Assembly: GCA_051362555.1 (NCBI GenBank)
Contig: CM120646.1
Span: forward strand, 14,446,001 to 14,510,000
Direction: 5' to 3'
DNA: 64,000 nucleotides
DNA from: Lingula anatina
Taxonomy: Eukaryota; Animalia; Brachiopoda
Positions 39,201-59,680 of this stretch are shown in pieces. The notes under the pieces were generated by a model. The model ran no database searches, was not told where the DNA came from, and saw nothing but the letters and a program-made list of their open reading frames with translations. How positions within the stretch are numbered: the stretch's first letter is position 1; each line of letters begins with the position of its first letter. Made by a program: the position numbers and the translations under genes.

Positions 39201-42200
39201 TTGGCATCAGATAATGGGCTAAGGGAATTATATTATGCTGGAGTTACATTAGTATCGACTAGGACGAAACTAAAGGGAATGTTACACTAATAGACTGTGT
39301 ATTTTAAATTGCGAACATCCTCCCTCGTTCACGTTGTCTTTGTCTCTTCGATTACGGCGCACGCTCATTTTCATCTTTGGTCTGGAATTTGTTGAAAATA
39401 AGAGTGCAAGATTTTTTCATCATTTCTCTGAGCTCCACCAGCCACTTTATTATTTATTCATTTTGAAAACACGCTTTTCATGATCATTTTTTCCTTTTTT
39501 AGTTTTATGCAAAAATGACACTATATTAAACTGTATAGGGGAAATATAATCCGCGACCTTATAGCGCAGACATTAATAGTTGTGCATATGAAATGTCTTG
39601 TTTTTTTACACTATGTAAGTAGGTTGTTAAAGCTGTAGCCGGCATGAAGGGCCGTTATATTGTTTTTGCCTGCTAGTAGACCTCCTCGGGCCACATGCCG
39701 CTTCCCATAAAATATTGGCGCAATATTGGCCGTAAATAACGTTAATTTAAGGCCGCAACAGCAGTCGACTTTCATCAGACGCTAAAATAAACCCAACTGA
39801 ACTTGATCAGGACAACGACCTCACTTCAACCTCACTTCAAGTTAAATTAACTACCTTATTTCTTTTTATCATTTATTTATTTATTTGTTTTTTTGGGGAT
39901 ATTTTGCAGCTTGCGGTTTTTACAGCCTCGGTATTTTCATATGGCAGTTAATATGTTGGGCTTGGTATCAGGTTTTGCTCGCGTGACAAGATGTTTTGTT
40001 AATAGGTTAAAATGCATTGACTGAATCTGTATATAAGCATAAGCATAGTTTAATATGTTACATGGATGTTAAATGTCAACCCGTTCAAGTCGACCAGGAT
40101 CCTAAAAGATTTATTCTTTCAGCCACTTAGTTGAAGTTGAAAGACGGTCGTGTTTTTATTGTGAAACGTTAAAGAAAAATCACAAAAAGTAAAGGTAGTA
40201 CCGCGTTTGTTTTTGTTTTTGCTGTTGTGTTTATATTGTTTTTCCAGAAACGCACGGGTCACAGTAGGCAAATAGGTCACGACAATACTCATTTTCTGTA
40301 GGCCAGCTGAGAACATAAACGAGAAATCTGCCCCCTACGTGTGTGATGCCCTCTACTGCGTATACTGAGGTCGCCGAGACAATTTTTGTTCGTCAGGCAG
40401 TATTCACAGACATTTCTCTGGCTAATTCTGTCCAGCGATAATTTTTGCACAGAAATGATGCCCTCACCCTGGCTTGTGGTAAACATAATATCCCTATGTA
40501 ACTACACTAAAAAATTTTATTTCTCTTCACCTGTATCTTTTATCTCGACTTTTTTTTTATATCCAGTGTCTTATTTTTTAATCTCTTCTCGAAGCATGTT
40601 CTGTTTTCACGTTTTGAGCACGAGGCGAAAGCGGTTTTGGGTGAGAACGACCGTCATCTCGACCGGAATTTAATTTGTGCCATAAAGCGTGTCAGAAATC
40701 AATAAATCGATAAGATTATGATTTACGACGTTTGGCAGAATTTTTCATCAAAAGGGGCTTTTCTGACTAGACCTTATAAACAATTGACTGATATTTTTAA
40801 GAGGCTGTGGGGATAGTTTGACGCTGATACATGTATTAAAGAGGAAAATATTCCGTTGTGTTTCCTTATACCCAAAATTTATAAACAATTGTCCTGGTTG
40901 GAACTGATTTTTTGCCAGATTTTCAAAAGTTAAGCGCAATGGAAGCAATGCATATCCAAAATATAATGACGACAAAAATAATTACAACCAAGATTTGTAA
41001 ATAAAAAGTGGAAACTTTTTCTTTAAAATACGTATTTTAACAGACACCCTCAAGCACAAGTATGCATTAGATATTCTATACTAGTAGCAGATGGACAGTG
41101 CATTAATATTGTACCTCTACATCTGATTCCTAATCCGTAGATTGGTGCTTAATGTGAGGACGGATGTAAATAAGTGTATGAGCATATCTCTATATATAAA
41201 CGTCTGCGTTTTTTATTTCTACGGCACACAAACACAGGCCTACCCAACTACCAGACTCGGCACCGAATGATCCAGAATTCACCGGTAAATCGGACCACAC
41301 TACCCGTTTTCAAGGTGTGTATCAGATCGCATTACATAGTATCAGACGCGACACCGCTCTTGCCTAGTACGCGATGTGATAGTGACGATTCTCAGCGGGG
41401 TTGAAAAGCATTGCATCACCACTCAAAATTTGTTCAGGGTATGATACTGTGTAATGCGATCTGATACACACCTTGAAAACGGGTAGTGTGGTCTGATCTA
41501 CTGGTGAATTCTGGATCATTCGGTGCCGAGTCTGGTAGTTGGGTAGGCCTGAAACACTGCTATTCACATCCTTTTGTACTGATAATACGTGTGCCTGCAT
41601 GCATAAGCACACGCGCACGTGCACAGGCACAATCTTCTGGCGCTCGTACACGCACTTTTAAGTGCTTTGAAGTTATCATATTTAATGTGAATATTAAAAT
41701 ATTAGTAATGCCCCGCATTTGAATGTATCGTCTGTTTCTTAAAGCAACCACCTAGATAGAGGTCTGTCTCGACATTGGTTAAAGCAATGGCGGACCTAGG
41801 TTGGAATACAGTGGGGTGCATACCCCCTCCCCCTTAGCCCCTGAGATACCCCTTCCCCCCAAGAAGAAACAAAATAGCCAATGAAGCGAGATACAACCAA
41901 TCACTTGGTCCATCCGTGCGCCGTGCATACTACAGCTAAATTGTCCTCATAACCTCTTACATAGGCCTATCGAATAAAAGTATTCGGTTCTAACCCCACT
42001 CCCCACCCTACCCACCCTACCCCACCCCACCCCACCAAGCATTCAGTAACATCCTCAACCCACCAGTGTTCACCTCGCACTTTTCTTTTTTTCACAGCTA
42101 CTATAGACTGCTATCGGTGCCTGGGGCCTTTGAGAAACAGCACGTGCGGGGATCCCTTCGACGCCGAAAAGCTCCACCTTGGTGAGGAGGAGAGCGGAAT

Positions 42201-44349
42201 TCAGATCATAAAGTGCAAAAGAGGGGCGTGTCTAAAATGGACGTATTTTCACAAAGGTAAGCTATACTCTCGCGAAGACTTTGGTCTGCTGTTTTACGTA
42301 CCCACAGTTGCAAGAATAATTATTTTCAAAGAACAACTTAAATCAGAACTGAAATATTGAAGTGGTAATAGCTCTGATTTTTATCTGTGGCTTGAGGAAT
42401 CTATCAGTTGAACTTTTAGATAAAATTTATTATCAACCTCCCACAAATACTATACAAATATTCAGAAATATGCTCACTGACATGAGTACTCAGCCAGGAC
42501 TTGGGTATAAGGTATTGCCCGTTAAATGACAGCATCAGTAAATCATCGTTTTTCCTGAAACACACCATCTGCCAAGTCAAATTTGAAAAGTTAAGGGAGA
42601 AGGGGGCGGTCCAGGCTCATCTTTGTCTTCTTTAAATTCGCCTTATATCTACATGTATCAACCGTTGTCATTTATAAAGGACAATTTTCAATGATCTGTG
42701 GCTGATTCCACACCAGATATATTGGGTCTTTTTGTAATGGACAGGCAGACGGGATAACGTGCTATTGTATTATACTCGGATCCAGTGGTTTATCTGCTTA
42801 ATGGAACATTCACCACTTAAATCAATACGAAGTCGCTCCTCGCTGCATTCGAGCTGAACCAATTGCCCATTCTTTATCTCAAGCTAAACTATTTTAAATT
42901 TTTCCAAAGTTAACATTCACTGAAGTTTTGCGTGTTATTCCGATGGCAATCGTTTATATAATTAAGAAAAATGTTCTCTGTGCTTGTTGTTGCAATACAG
43001 TTTCGTGGAATTTTTTAAAATAGCTCTTCCCGTGGCATGCACCACGCAAATGTCAACGACCACCTTGTTATGATGGAAAAGAATTCACAACAGTAAATGT
43101 AATGTCAAAATATGAAACCCCGTCTTCATAATAACCATACACAGACGTAACAAAGGGTTTTATATTTAGATGAAATTTGGAAAGAAAGGAGCAATTTATA
43201 GATGCGTATGGACATCCTATGAGCACAGAGGTGGCGAAATAAATTATACTAAATGTACTACTTTTTGGCGATATAGGGTGAAAGTCGTGTAAGAAATAAA
43301 TACAAGCCACGCAAAATATGGTGAATCTGTACTTGGGTAATAGACCGTAGTTCTAAACAACGAAAGAGAAAACACCCAGAAAAATATCCAAAGATAAATT
43401 ATTTGATTTTTTTCATTGCCGCACCGCGCTCTCTGCCATTATTTCCCACCAGACTCTCCTCCTGCGAAATCTCGCTTGATTTTACTGTACCGTTAAGATG
43501 CGTGACTTTCGATTTTATTTATCATCGATGAATTTCATTTAACTATCTCAAGCAGTATATCTATTCCCCGGCCTTTTTTCTCTAAAACTACCTCTTAAAT
43601 TACTTAAACATAGCCATTTCCCTACAAGACCCATGCATATATCTCGCTGCACGTGTTGTCCTTTTTCTATTTGTGAAACTGCAATGTTATAAATTGTTTA
43701 TGATCAGACATCTTCTGTCACCTCTTGGCGTTTCCCCGTATCTGTATTTTGATCTTGTTGTAATTTATGTGTTCATCGAACAGGTATTTATATTGCAATA
43801 CCACACTCAGATCTGAAATAATTCATAATGAATGCTGTAAACCGCCAGTTTGTGTAAACCCTTCCTCTAATCACAAGTAAGTGAAAACGACAAGGGAAAA
43901 GAAATACAATATTTTATTCTTTTACATTTGCAAGTCAGTTTTGACCCTAGGGTGATCGACATTGGGAATCTGTTAGTTTCTTTTGATTTCCCACAAAACG
44001 ATGTACGTATGCGTCAGTACGCCTGCGCATTCGAACGATTCATTTGTGTCTTTATTTATTTATTTATTTATTTATTCTTAAAATTAGCTTGAAATAGTAC
44101 CAAAAAATTCAACATATTTCAGGTGAGCTGCTAATCAGAAGAACGTGTTCGCTGGACGAAGAAGACCTCGTGTTTCACATACCTCTGGTGGACGTGTGTA
44201 GAAGGGAGAGAGATGGCAACGGGCGCCTCTGCATGTGTTCCGGTGACTTGTGCAACGCCGCACGCCAAACTTCCGCTTCCGCTTCCTGGAGCCTGCTTAT
44301 AGCACTTGGCTCGGTAATTCTTTCTGCGAAGTTGCTTCTCCTCAGCTGA
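32204..44349 (+). CDS. quiver/sleepless (QVR)-family Ly6/uPAR three-finger GPI-anchored protein, 155 aa; join(32204..32231,36607..36660,42098..42256,44123..44349)
   Basis: Manual splice reconstruction (GT-AG, all introns phase 1, 468 nt) gives MQTLLEIGLVLLLLAVEVVQAQPDPFTTTIDCYRCLGPLRNSTCGDPFDAEKLHLGEEESGIQIIKCKRGACLKWTYFHKGELLIRRTCSLDEEDLVFHIPLVDVCRRERDGNGRLCMCSGDLCNAARQTSASASWSLLIALGSVILSAKLLLLS*. It has a signal peptide, 10 Cys with I-x-CYxC, C-x-DPF, C-x-K, RxC and CxCxxDLCN motifs, an NST glycosylation site and a hydrophobic GPI signal. The family call is confident; one-to-one orthology with Drosophila qvr is not established. Confidence 0.88.
32919..32964. repeat. (GT)n microsatellite
   Basis: Direct reading. 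Confidence 0.95.
33669..33776 (+). repeat. locally duplicated ~60-bp module plus (CT)n, copy 1
   Basis: tttatggcgcaggtgatcgttgtaa...tttctgtgacattctctttctctaccc then (CT)n; second copy at 36147. Confidence 0.85.
35079..35251. mobile_element. older CAGG...CCTG non-autonomous element with 5-bp TSD TTTAC
   Basis: Ends caggtcc / gggcctg; TTTAC at 35074-35078 and 35252-35256; internal aaaagg(g)tccrct subrepeats. Confidence 0.6.
35721..35730 (+). CDS. candidate alternative first coding exon of the QVR-like gene (MQS)
   Basis: ATGCAGTCTG|GTAAGT, phase 1, in frame with exon 2, giving MQSVLLLLAVEVVQA. Confidence 0.4.
36147..36277 (+). repeat. locally duplicated ~60-bp module plus (CT)n, copy 2
   Basis: tttatggcgtaggtgatcgttgtaa...tttctgtgtcattctctttctgtaccc then (CT)n. 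Confidence 0.85.
36607..36660 (+). CDS. QVR-like gene, exon 2 (VLLLLAVEVVQAQPDPFT)
   Basis: Acceptor attttccag, donor CGA|GTAAGT, 54 nt, phase 1-1; encodes the signal-peptide core and a V-Q-A cleavage motif. Confidence 0.8.
37346..37560. mobile_element. Harbinger-like MITE related to family A
   Basis: TIR gggcgtattcccagag / ctctgggaatggggcc, flanked by TAA on both sides. Confidence 0.75.
37634..37805. mobile_element. MITE family B (CCGGTGTGACAGGA TIR, internal CTAACCCTAACC)
   Basis: TIR ccggtgtgacagga / tcttgtcacaccgg; colinear with copies at 49428 and 61831. Confidence 0.8.
38830..38894. repeat. (CA)n microsatellite
   Basis: Direct reading. Confidence 0.9.
41235..41551. mobile_element. 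young foldback MITE with 110-bp TIRs, CAGG...CCTG ends and 5-bp TSD AAACA (hAT5-like)
   Basis: Arms 41235-41344 and 41442-41551 differ at only 4 positions; AAACA at 41230-41234 and 41552-41556. The superfamily assignment is an inference. Confidence 0.9.
42098..42256 (+). CDS. QVR-like gene, exon 3 (TIDCYRC...CGDPF...CKRGACLKWTYFHK)
   Basis: Strong acceptor ttttctttttttcacag, donor AAG|GTAAGC, 159 nt; first five Cys of the LU domain; overlaps ORF 42130..42360. Confidence 0.93.
44123..44349 (+). CDS. QVR-like gene, terminal coding exon (RRTC...CMCSGDLCN plus GPI signal)
   Basis: Acceptor atttcag; last five Cys ending in DLCN, then a small-residue spacer and hydrophobic tail; TGA at 44347-44349. 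Confidence 0.93.
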
Positions 44350-46540
44350 CACCTCTCTCCCTGGTTTGTTCAGTGTAAGTGACATTGAAATATGATTCAA
44401 CCCAAGGCCTATAGCAGTGCATTGTCTGAAATTACGAGATCAAAAGACAAGCTGATGGGCAGATATGATAGAGAAATGTACGCGATTAAAAGGAAGAAAA
44501 GACAGCGAGGTTTTCATTGGTGCTTCCGCCGGATCTGCTGTTATGGGCCTTTTATGAATCCGGAGAAATGTCTGTAGACCTACTCAACGTAACAGAACTC
44601 CACCGACGAGATGGGAACACAGGCAAGCTTCCATGGTGTTTTATTATGTGATTAATTATCTTTTTCTACTCTTTGTGGTCAAGGGCTCTCTAATGTTTTT
44701 CCCCGTTTCTTCATGCACCACAAAGTCTCATGGGAAATATACACAGTTGCATCCATCAACATTGATGTTTTTTTTTTAAATTGCAGTTATTAGCCTATTG
44801 TTTTGCATTGTTAGAACCAGTTAAAACATTGTCAAACTGTAACAAAGTATTACTAACAAGGAATTGTTATCTTATGGGAGGCGCTCGCAAAAGCTCAATA
44901 CCCAAAGGGAATGCTCTATTAAATAAATTCTTTAATCACGTTTATCATTAAATTTAACGGCTATAGGGCCTGGATACATTGACATGATGATGGAAGCACG
45001 GGAGATAAATTTTGCACGGAGTCGACCGACTATTATTTTTTATCTATCGTAGACTCACCGCTTTGGCGTCTTCATGTTTGACTTTTTGTTGCCTTCCAGT
45101 GATCCCAGAGGCTAACATGTCAATACCCAATTTTGATACGTGTTGCATGATGAAGTCTCAATTAAGCCTTCTGGGGCCATTCAATATTCCCACTTTGTCA
45201 ATAAATGATGACTGTATTATATAATAGCCAACAGAGGACGATCTGTTTTTAATGTGCCAGGAACTGTACTGTATTTCTTCCCGTTGCTGAGCAAATGACA
45301 AAAGAGATGGGGGCGTTAAGGGGAATTCTGGATGGCCTCATAAAGGCATGTAGTAGCTTGTTGTTCCAATTAAGTTTTTTGAAGAAGAAGGTGCGAAATA
45401 CTCATTGTATATACGCTTGCTTTCCGCCGTTTATATAGCTGGCTATCCAAACAGATTATCCTGGCAAAATACCCATAATGCATATTAAATAATGCAATTT
45501 ATTTTTACCTTTAAGCGCCAGTGGTGATGATAAAGGAATGTTGCTAATTTGAGTAGTAGTTCTAGGTATTTGGCCTTCTTAATGAAAAGCGTTAATGTTT
45601 GTTTTGTTCTCAGAATACACGTGGTGAGACACTTATCTCTTTTATATATATATATATAATGTAAAATGTTTCTGCAGCATTTTAAAGCGGCTGAATGTGG
45701 CAGGAGATACACATTGTCTACGCACCAAATTAAGAAAAATACTGAAGGATTTTACATTTCGTTTTAAATGCTTAAATACTCATATAAAACAGCAGTCGTG
45801 CTTAAATCAAGTCGATTGTAGCCAGAGAGTAGGTCGATAGGATAAGGTTTTTAGTACATAAATGAGGCGAATACTGTAGACTTAATATGGGACTTACACA
45901 AGGAATTAGACTTTCTCCGACCTATGAGCAAGCTCGTCCCGTGGGACCTTATCAAGAACGTGATTGGACAATTAAACCTTATGATGCTAACATCAGCAAA
46001 AAATAGCCATGAGAACATCATTCGCTACGTTAATCTAATTCTCAAAACTAATCAGTAATTAAGGCATGGAATGAATGCCAATCAATATGGTCCCATGTAC
46101 AGGCTGTACAGTAGTCGGTTTTTAATTAGGAAGACGATAGTCCTCTACTTAGTGGGCTTACATGGTCACGCAACGTAGTTGATGAACCAAGGGTATTTTA
46201 TTTTATACTGAGTACCAGGTCGTATCAATCCCAAGTTCTGTTACGCGTGTGCATGTTGATGTATATAATGTATAGTTGTACATATATATAACACCGGTTC
46301 CAGAAGGAAACGGGTTGCGTTTCATAAATGGGATATTTGTTGTTATTATTAGAATGGCACCAGTATAAACTAAGTGGCATAATACACGGGACTTTAATAT
46401 GAGTTATTTCCTACATTTCTATGCAACTGTTTCACCTACTCATATGAATGACGTTATCATATTAAACATATTTTCGGTACTTGATTGTGGTTTTTCTTAT
46501 TTCTTGTGATCCTCCTTGTGGTAAACGTGTTTTTATACTG

Positions 46541-46544
<4 letters not shown>

Positions 46545-46603
<59 letters not shown>
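46545..46603. repeat. compound (GT)n(GA)n microsatellite
   Basis: Direct reading. Confidence 0.95.
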
Positions 46604-46608
<5 letters not shown>

Positions 46609-47617
46609 CAAAACAGACTTACACTCCTGACACAAACACATTTGCCAGACTATAAAATGGGCTGATTTAAATAACGTATGGAAAGCATAGGCGCGTGTAT
46701 CACTTTTTATTGAGACAAACTATCTTTAGTTTCCACATTTTTCGTCAGTATCCATCAATCAACCAATGCGGTAAACACTACATACCTCTAAATCTAATTT
46801 CGATAAAATACCCATTTCTAAACATTAAAACCTAAATTACCAATTACATAAAGAATAAATTAAAAAAAAAAACCTGAATGAAATCTCAGTACTTTGGCGT
46901 AGTTTTTGCCACATATAAGTATTTTAACGCCGTATACAATGAATCCACCGACCAGATATTTCTGTTAACTAAATTTCACTAGCTCAGGTGAATATTTTTA
47001 GATTAAAGTGTTTTTATTACTTAAAACCCCCATGTTGCTCTAATTCTATCACAGTAAATATGCCATATTATCCGTCTTGCTCTGGCATGACGAATTTCCA
47101 TAATTACATACTATCTAAATTTTCACAAAGATTCTCTGATGCAGGGAGACAGAAACGTTCGAGAAAACAATCAATTTAAACAATGGCTATGTTATACGCT
47201 CACTGCCATGAAACGCTTTGCCATAAAAGCTTTTCTTCTTTGACACTTTCCATTCAATCCGCTATATATAAACAAAACGTTGTAAAGAAATGCGGGCTTA
47301 TCTGTTTGTAATATCTATATATATACTTTTTTTGGGACAAGTTAGTCATGAACATGTTAACAGGCGGTTTTCCTCGCGGTTTCCACCATGATTAATTCAT
47401 ATAAAACTGCTTGTCTTTGATGCTCATCGCATCCTTGATTTCTATTTTTTCCCCGCAATTCCGTTCGGGATGATATGTCATTCTATAACTTGCACATCCA
47501 ATTCCGCTTTATATTGTTCTTTTTTTAACAATTCTAGGTTTGACCAGGGAGGAAGTGAAGAGCATTAAAATTCCTCCCCCTGTATCATCATAAGTTCTTG
47601 ATTGTGCCCTAATGACG

Positions 47618-55880
<8,263 letters not shown>

Positions 55881-58800
55881 GGTGATGGCTTTTTATTATT
55901 GCTGATTATGTTACTGTTATTGGTGTCGTTGTTGGTGCCGGGAGGACGAAACTGTTGATAAGGTGGAAGGTCTTTTTAGATGTGGATACCAGCTGAAAAT
56001 GTAGTATTTATACTTTTATAAATGCATTCCATACAGCTCATTGAAACCAACTGAGTACTAGTAAAATTTAATGTCGTACAAAAGGGATCCCACACTTACT
56101 CTTTGTGAAACGTTTGTCTTAAAAAAGGGAAGCAAAAATATACTGGTCGTGCTGCATTTAAACTTATCAGTCCTTAATATGCGTTTCATATTGATTTAGA
56201 CCTATATGATTGCAAAGAAATCATATATAAATATGTACGGAATTGTAATGAAACAAGATGCAGCAACGATGAAAAGACCGGCATACATCACACTAGTCTT
56301 ATATGACAACCGCATCCTTCTTAGCTTGATAATTTTAGCTATTGTCAAAGACATACGTATGTAATTCAGACTGCAAAATTGCTACAACAAATTAGCAGTG
56401 TGGTTATTAGTTTTTCTCTTCAGAATAAATAAGCAGAAATACAGTTTTTTTCTGATAATGGGGTGTTCTTGTACGCCTGCAGAAACTCATTACAGAATCA
56501 ATTTACTTTATCACAAAAAATGGCTGCAACTGCAATAACCCTTCATATATAAAAGTGTGGACGGGATCGATCACAGAGGCTGGACTCACTCATGATCAGT
56601 AAACACAATTTTGTAATCTAGTTATTTCATATAATGTGGGCAAACTCAACAGATTACCATCCGTTTCAACTTAAATGCGAGAGAGGATTTAAAAATCGGC
56701 ACCATCTTCGTCTTGGTCGCTATTGCCGAACCTCTTATTTAATTTGACACTTTGGCAAAAGTCAAATAACCACTTCATATACTTATACAGCAAAACCATT
56801 ACCCCAATCATACTCCTTAAAAGAAATCAATCCTTTTCACAATTTTTTTCTGTGCCAACCATTCTCCAAGCATACCACGTATTGTGTAACGCTGCTGGCT
56901 ATAGAGCAATGCCTATTGTTTGTTGAAGAGTCAACATACAAACGTAGAGATCCATTATCAGTGGCAGCAGTTTGACTTCTCAGCTTCTAAATCCCTACTA
57001 TTGATTCTGAGAAATCCCATTTAAACGGAATTTTATAAAAGACATAGGAAATCAATTGAAAGACCTATCGACCAATATGTCTCTCGCCGCGCCTTTCTAG
57101 TGAATATACTGTCAAACCAAGACACAAGCCCTTGGCCATTGCAATTGCTTCTCCGAACATATGATTTTACACTGAGAATGTAGCTGATTTTGTTAGAGGA
57201 AATCTGTAATCACGCTACAGGAAATTCGCTCAGTGAAAGCCTAGAAATCGTCTAGAGTCTTCAAGACTGTGGGTTTTGTGCAGACGAATTTGCAACACAA
57301 AACTCGATGGGAATGAAGTAGGCCTACTCTTAAAATAGTTTTTGTCGATACTCACCGTAGCTATCCAATTAGAAATCCACTTGACATCGCATACTACTGC
57401 GATATTTTGCTTGAAACTTGTTTTAAACACAGCTGCCGGTTACAGTGTACCGGTAGATGATGCTCATACAATCGGGTGAATTTACAACATCAAATTATTT
57501 CGCCACTATTAATGCATTGTATCAATACACTGTGTATATGTACTGCGAAGATATATTGGGGTGTTTTAGAATAACATTTCCCTGCCTTCGAGACAGTTCC
57601 ATATGATATATACACAATGGCACTGTACATATCTCTGAAGTTCAGAGCGCATAAGAAGTGTGGAGTTTATCCACAGAGGCAGCTATTTATATCTTCCATT
57701 ATGTACTAAAGGCAACTTTCGTCAGTGAACCGACGAGGATATATTTCATAAGATACGTACCCCGTTGCCGTAAAACAATAAAGTGTAAATTTACTGAAGT
57801 AAAGCTGAAAAGCTGAAGCGGTGCCCCCATTGGTTTGCTTTGTTATACAAGTTTACCTCAGTATTAGCCATAGCTTAGTTAATGTATATAATATATTCTG
57901 CACATAATCATCCCAGCAGTGGTTTATTTGGTTACAATAAACTGTCTCATATATTTTCTTTGAAGGGCAGCTGGAAGTCGGCCAATTTACTGACCGGATT
58001 TTTGCCAGCACGGCGTGTGTACGTATTGATTGCAAGTTTTAGTAATAAGGTTATAACTAACATTAAGCCACTTCATCGATCTCGGCATTTATTGATCGCG
58101 CGTACGGTTTTTGCCATTATTTTTATGTTATTGTTTTGCCTGTTATGTCCGAAATAACATCTGTTTGGGATGCTGGTTTTAATGATACAATTGATCAACA
58201 CCGGAGAGAAAAATAAAAGGGGTGGTTACATACAGGCCCTTCTCAAAGCATTTCTATTGTGTAGCAAATTAGGTTTCCTGTGAATTTCCCTTTTTGTGCC
58301 AAAATGACAATGAGTTATTGCTAATTTTGCACAAGGAGCTTTGTCCTCATTCTTAGAAAGAAGAATGTGATTTAAAGTAATTGCAATTAGTTCATTTTTC
58401 TACAAATGCACTGCTCTGAAATTTCGTTTCCATCATTAGTGCAACATTTTCTTGCTACTGAAATATCTATAATAAGTGCAATACGTGTAGGCAGTAAGAC
58501 AAGGGAGTCCACCACAGCTGAATCATTTGATTTCTGAACGATAATAGTAGTAGCACATCCTGGTGCAGAGTTTTTATAGCCAACTTATTGTCCAGAGAGA
58601 TGTTACATTGTATATTAATCTCGAAGCCTTCCGTTCGGATTTCAATGACAAACGCCATACCTTGCACATGCAAGCGACGCACCAATTGTACATGTACAAT
58701 GTTGTGGAATAGACACAGGGGTGTAGTTTTTTACGGAGAATAACGTTTGTTTGTCTTACGTACTTGTAAATGGTTAAATCTATTTTCACAGTGCATTTCC

Positions 58801-59483
58801 TAATACAAACCCTTACAACTTCACCGGTATGGCGAACAGTGTGCATTTATATTATTTATCTATTATTATTATTTTATTTATTTATCTATTTATTTTTTGG
58901 AGGGGGGTCCAGCATTAGTTATAGATACATGTACAAATGGTTATTACCATCATAGAATTGTTCGTTTTTACGAAAAGTCCAAGGCGGTTATTCTTGGCAT
59001 GGGATTACTTTTCAGTGGTGGGTACAAAGATGTATACTTGTTCTCCTGTCAAAGTAGACTATAGTTCAATACCGACGACTCTAATTTCTACTAAATACGC
59101 CCTCCTACATCCAGTGAAAGTTAATTTTGTGACACTTTTCAAGAAATAACTTCAATAAAGACGGTATGGTCTGTACTTAATCTAGCAGATGCTTGCATTG
59201 TACAATGTGCGTCGAACTTTCCTACTGTACACTTTGTGATAATTGTCGACCTGGTGGTTTTCTTGCCATACTGGACAAATTGAAACGCTGTTACAATTAA
59301 GGGAAAAAAACTGAGTTGCACTGTCAAAATTCACACCTCACAGGCACCCCTTTCTATTTCTAAGAGAACATGAACAATCCAGCTTTCAATCTACTCAGGC
59401 TCTGTATCATATCATTTAAATTACAGGTACGTGCACTTAACGTCAATACTACAAAGTGACAACGTCAGAAACGACAAACTTAC

Positions 59484-59680
59484 CCCTCTCCTCTACATAT
59501 TACCAAGAACTCATCAGAAGAACTGCTACAATATCACGACGGTACAACGAGTGCAAAATCAATGAAGAAGCAATAGAAAGCACACTGCCTACTGAGCCTG
59601 GTGCATGCGGCATCCTCGACGTAGAGCAAGAATCGATAAATTATTCAAGGATTTGAAGTTCCATAGCGCGTCGATATTCG
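59484..59680 (-). other. candidate non-coding 5'UTR exon of MFSD6
   Basis: An upstream exon is required because the ATG exon starts at an acceptor (55993). Consensus donor GGG|GTAAGT at 59483 lies next to a CpG-richer stretch; a second candidate donor ACG|GTGAGT is at 57355. The 5' boundary is a guess. Confidence 0.35.

Noticed and set aside
40248-40368. Micro-exon plus terminal exon inside the QVR-like intron
   Set aside because: Needs a 38-nt intron, and the direct phase-1 readings stop within a few codons.
41174-41651. Two opposite-strand ORFs sharing the peptide GLPNYQTRHRMIQNSPV
   Set aside because: Mirror translations of the two TIR arms of the MITE.
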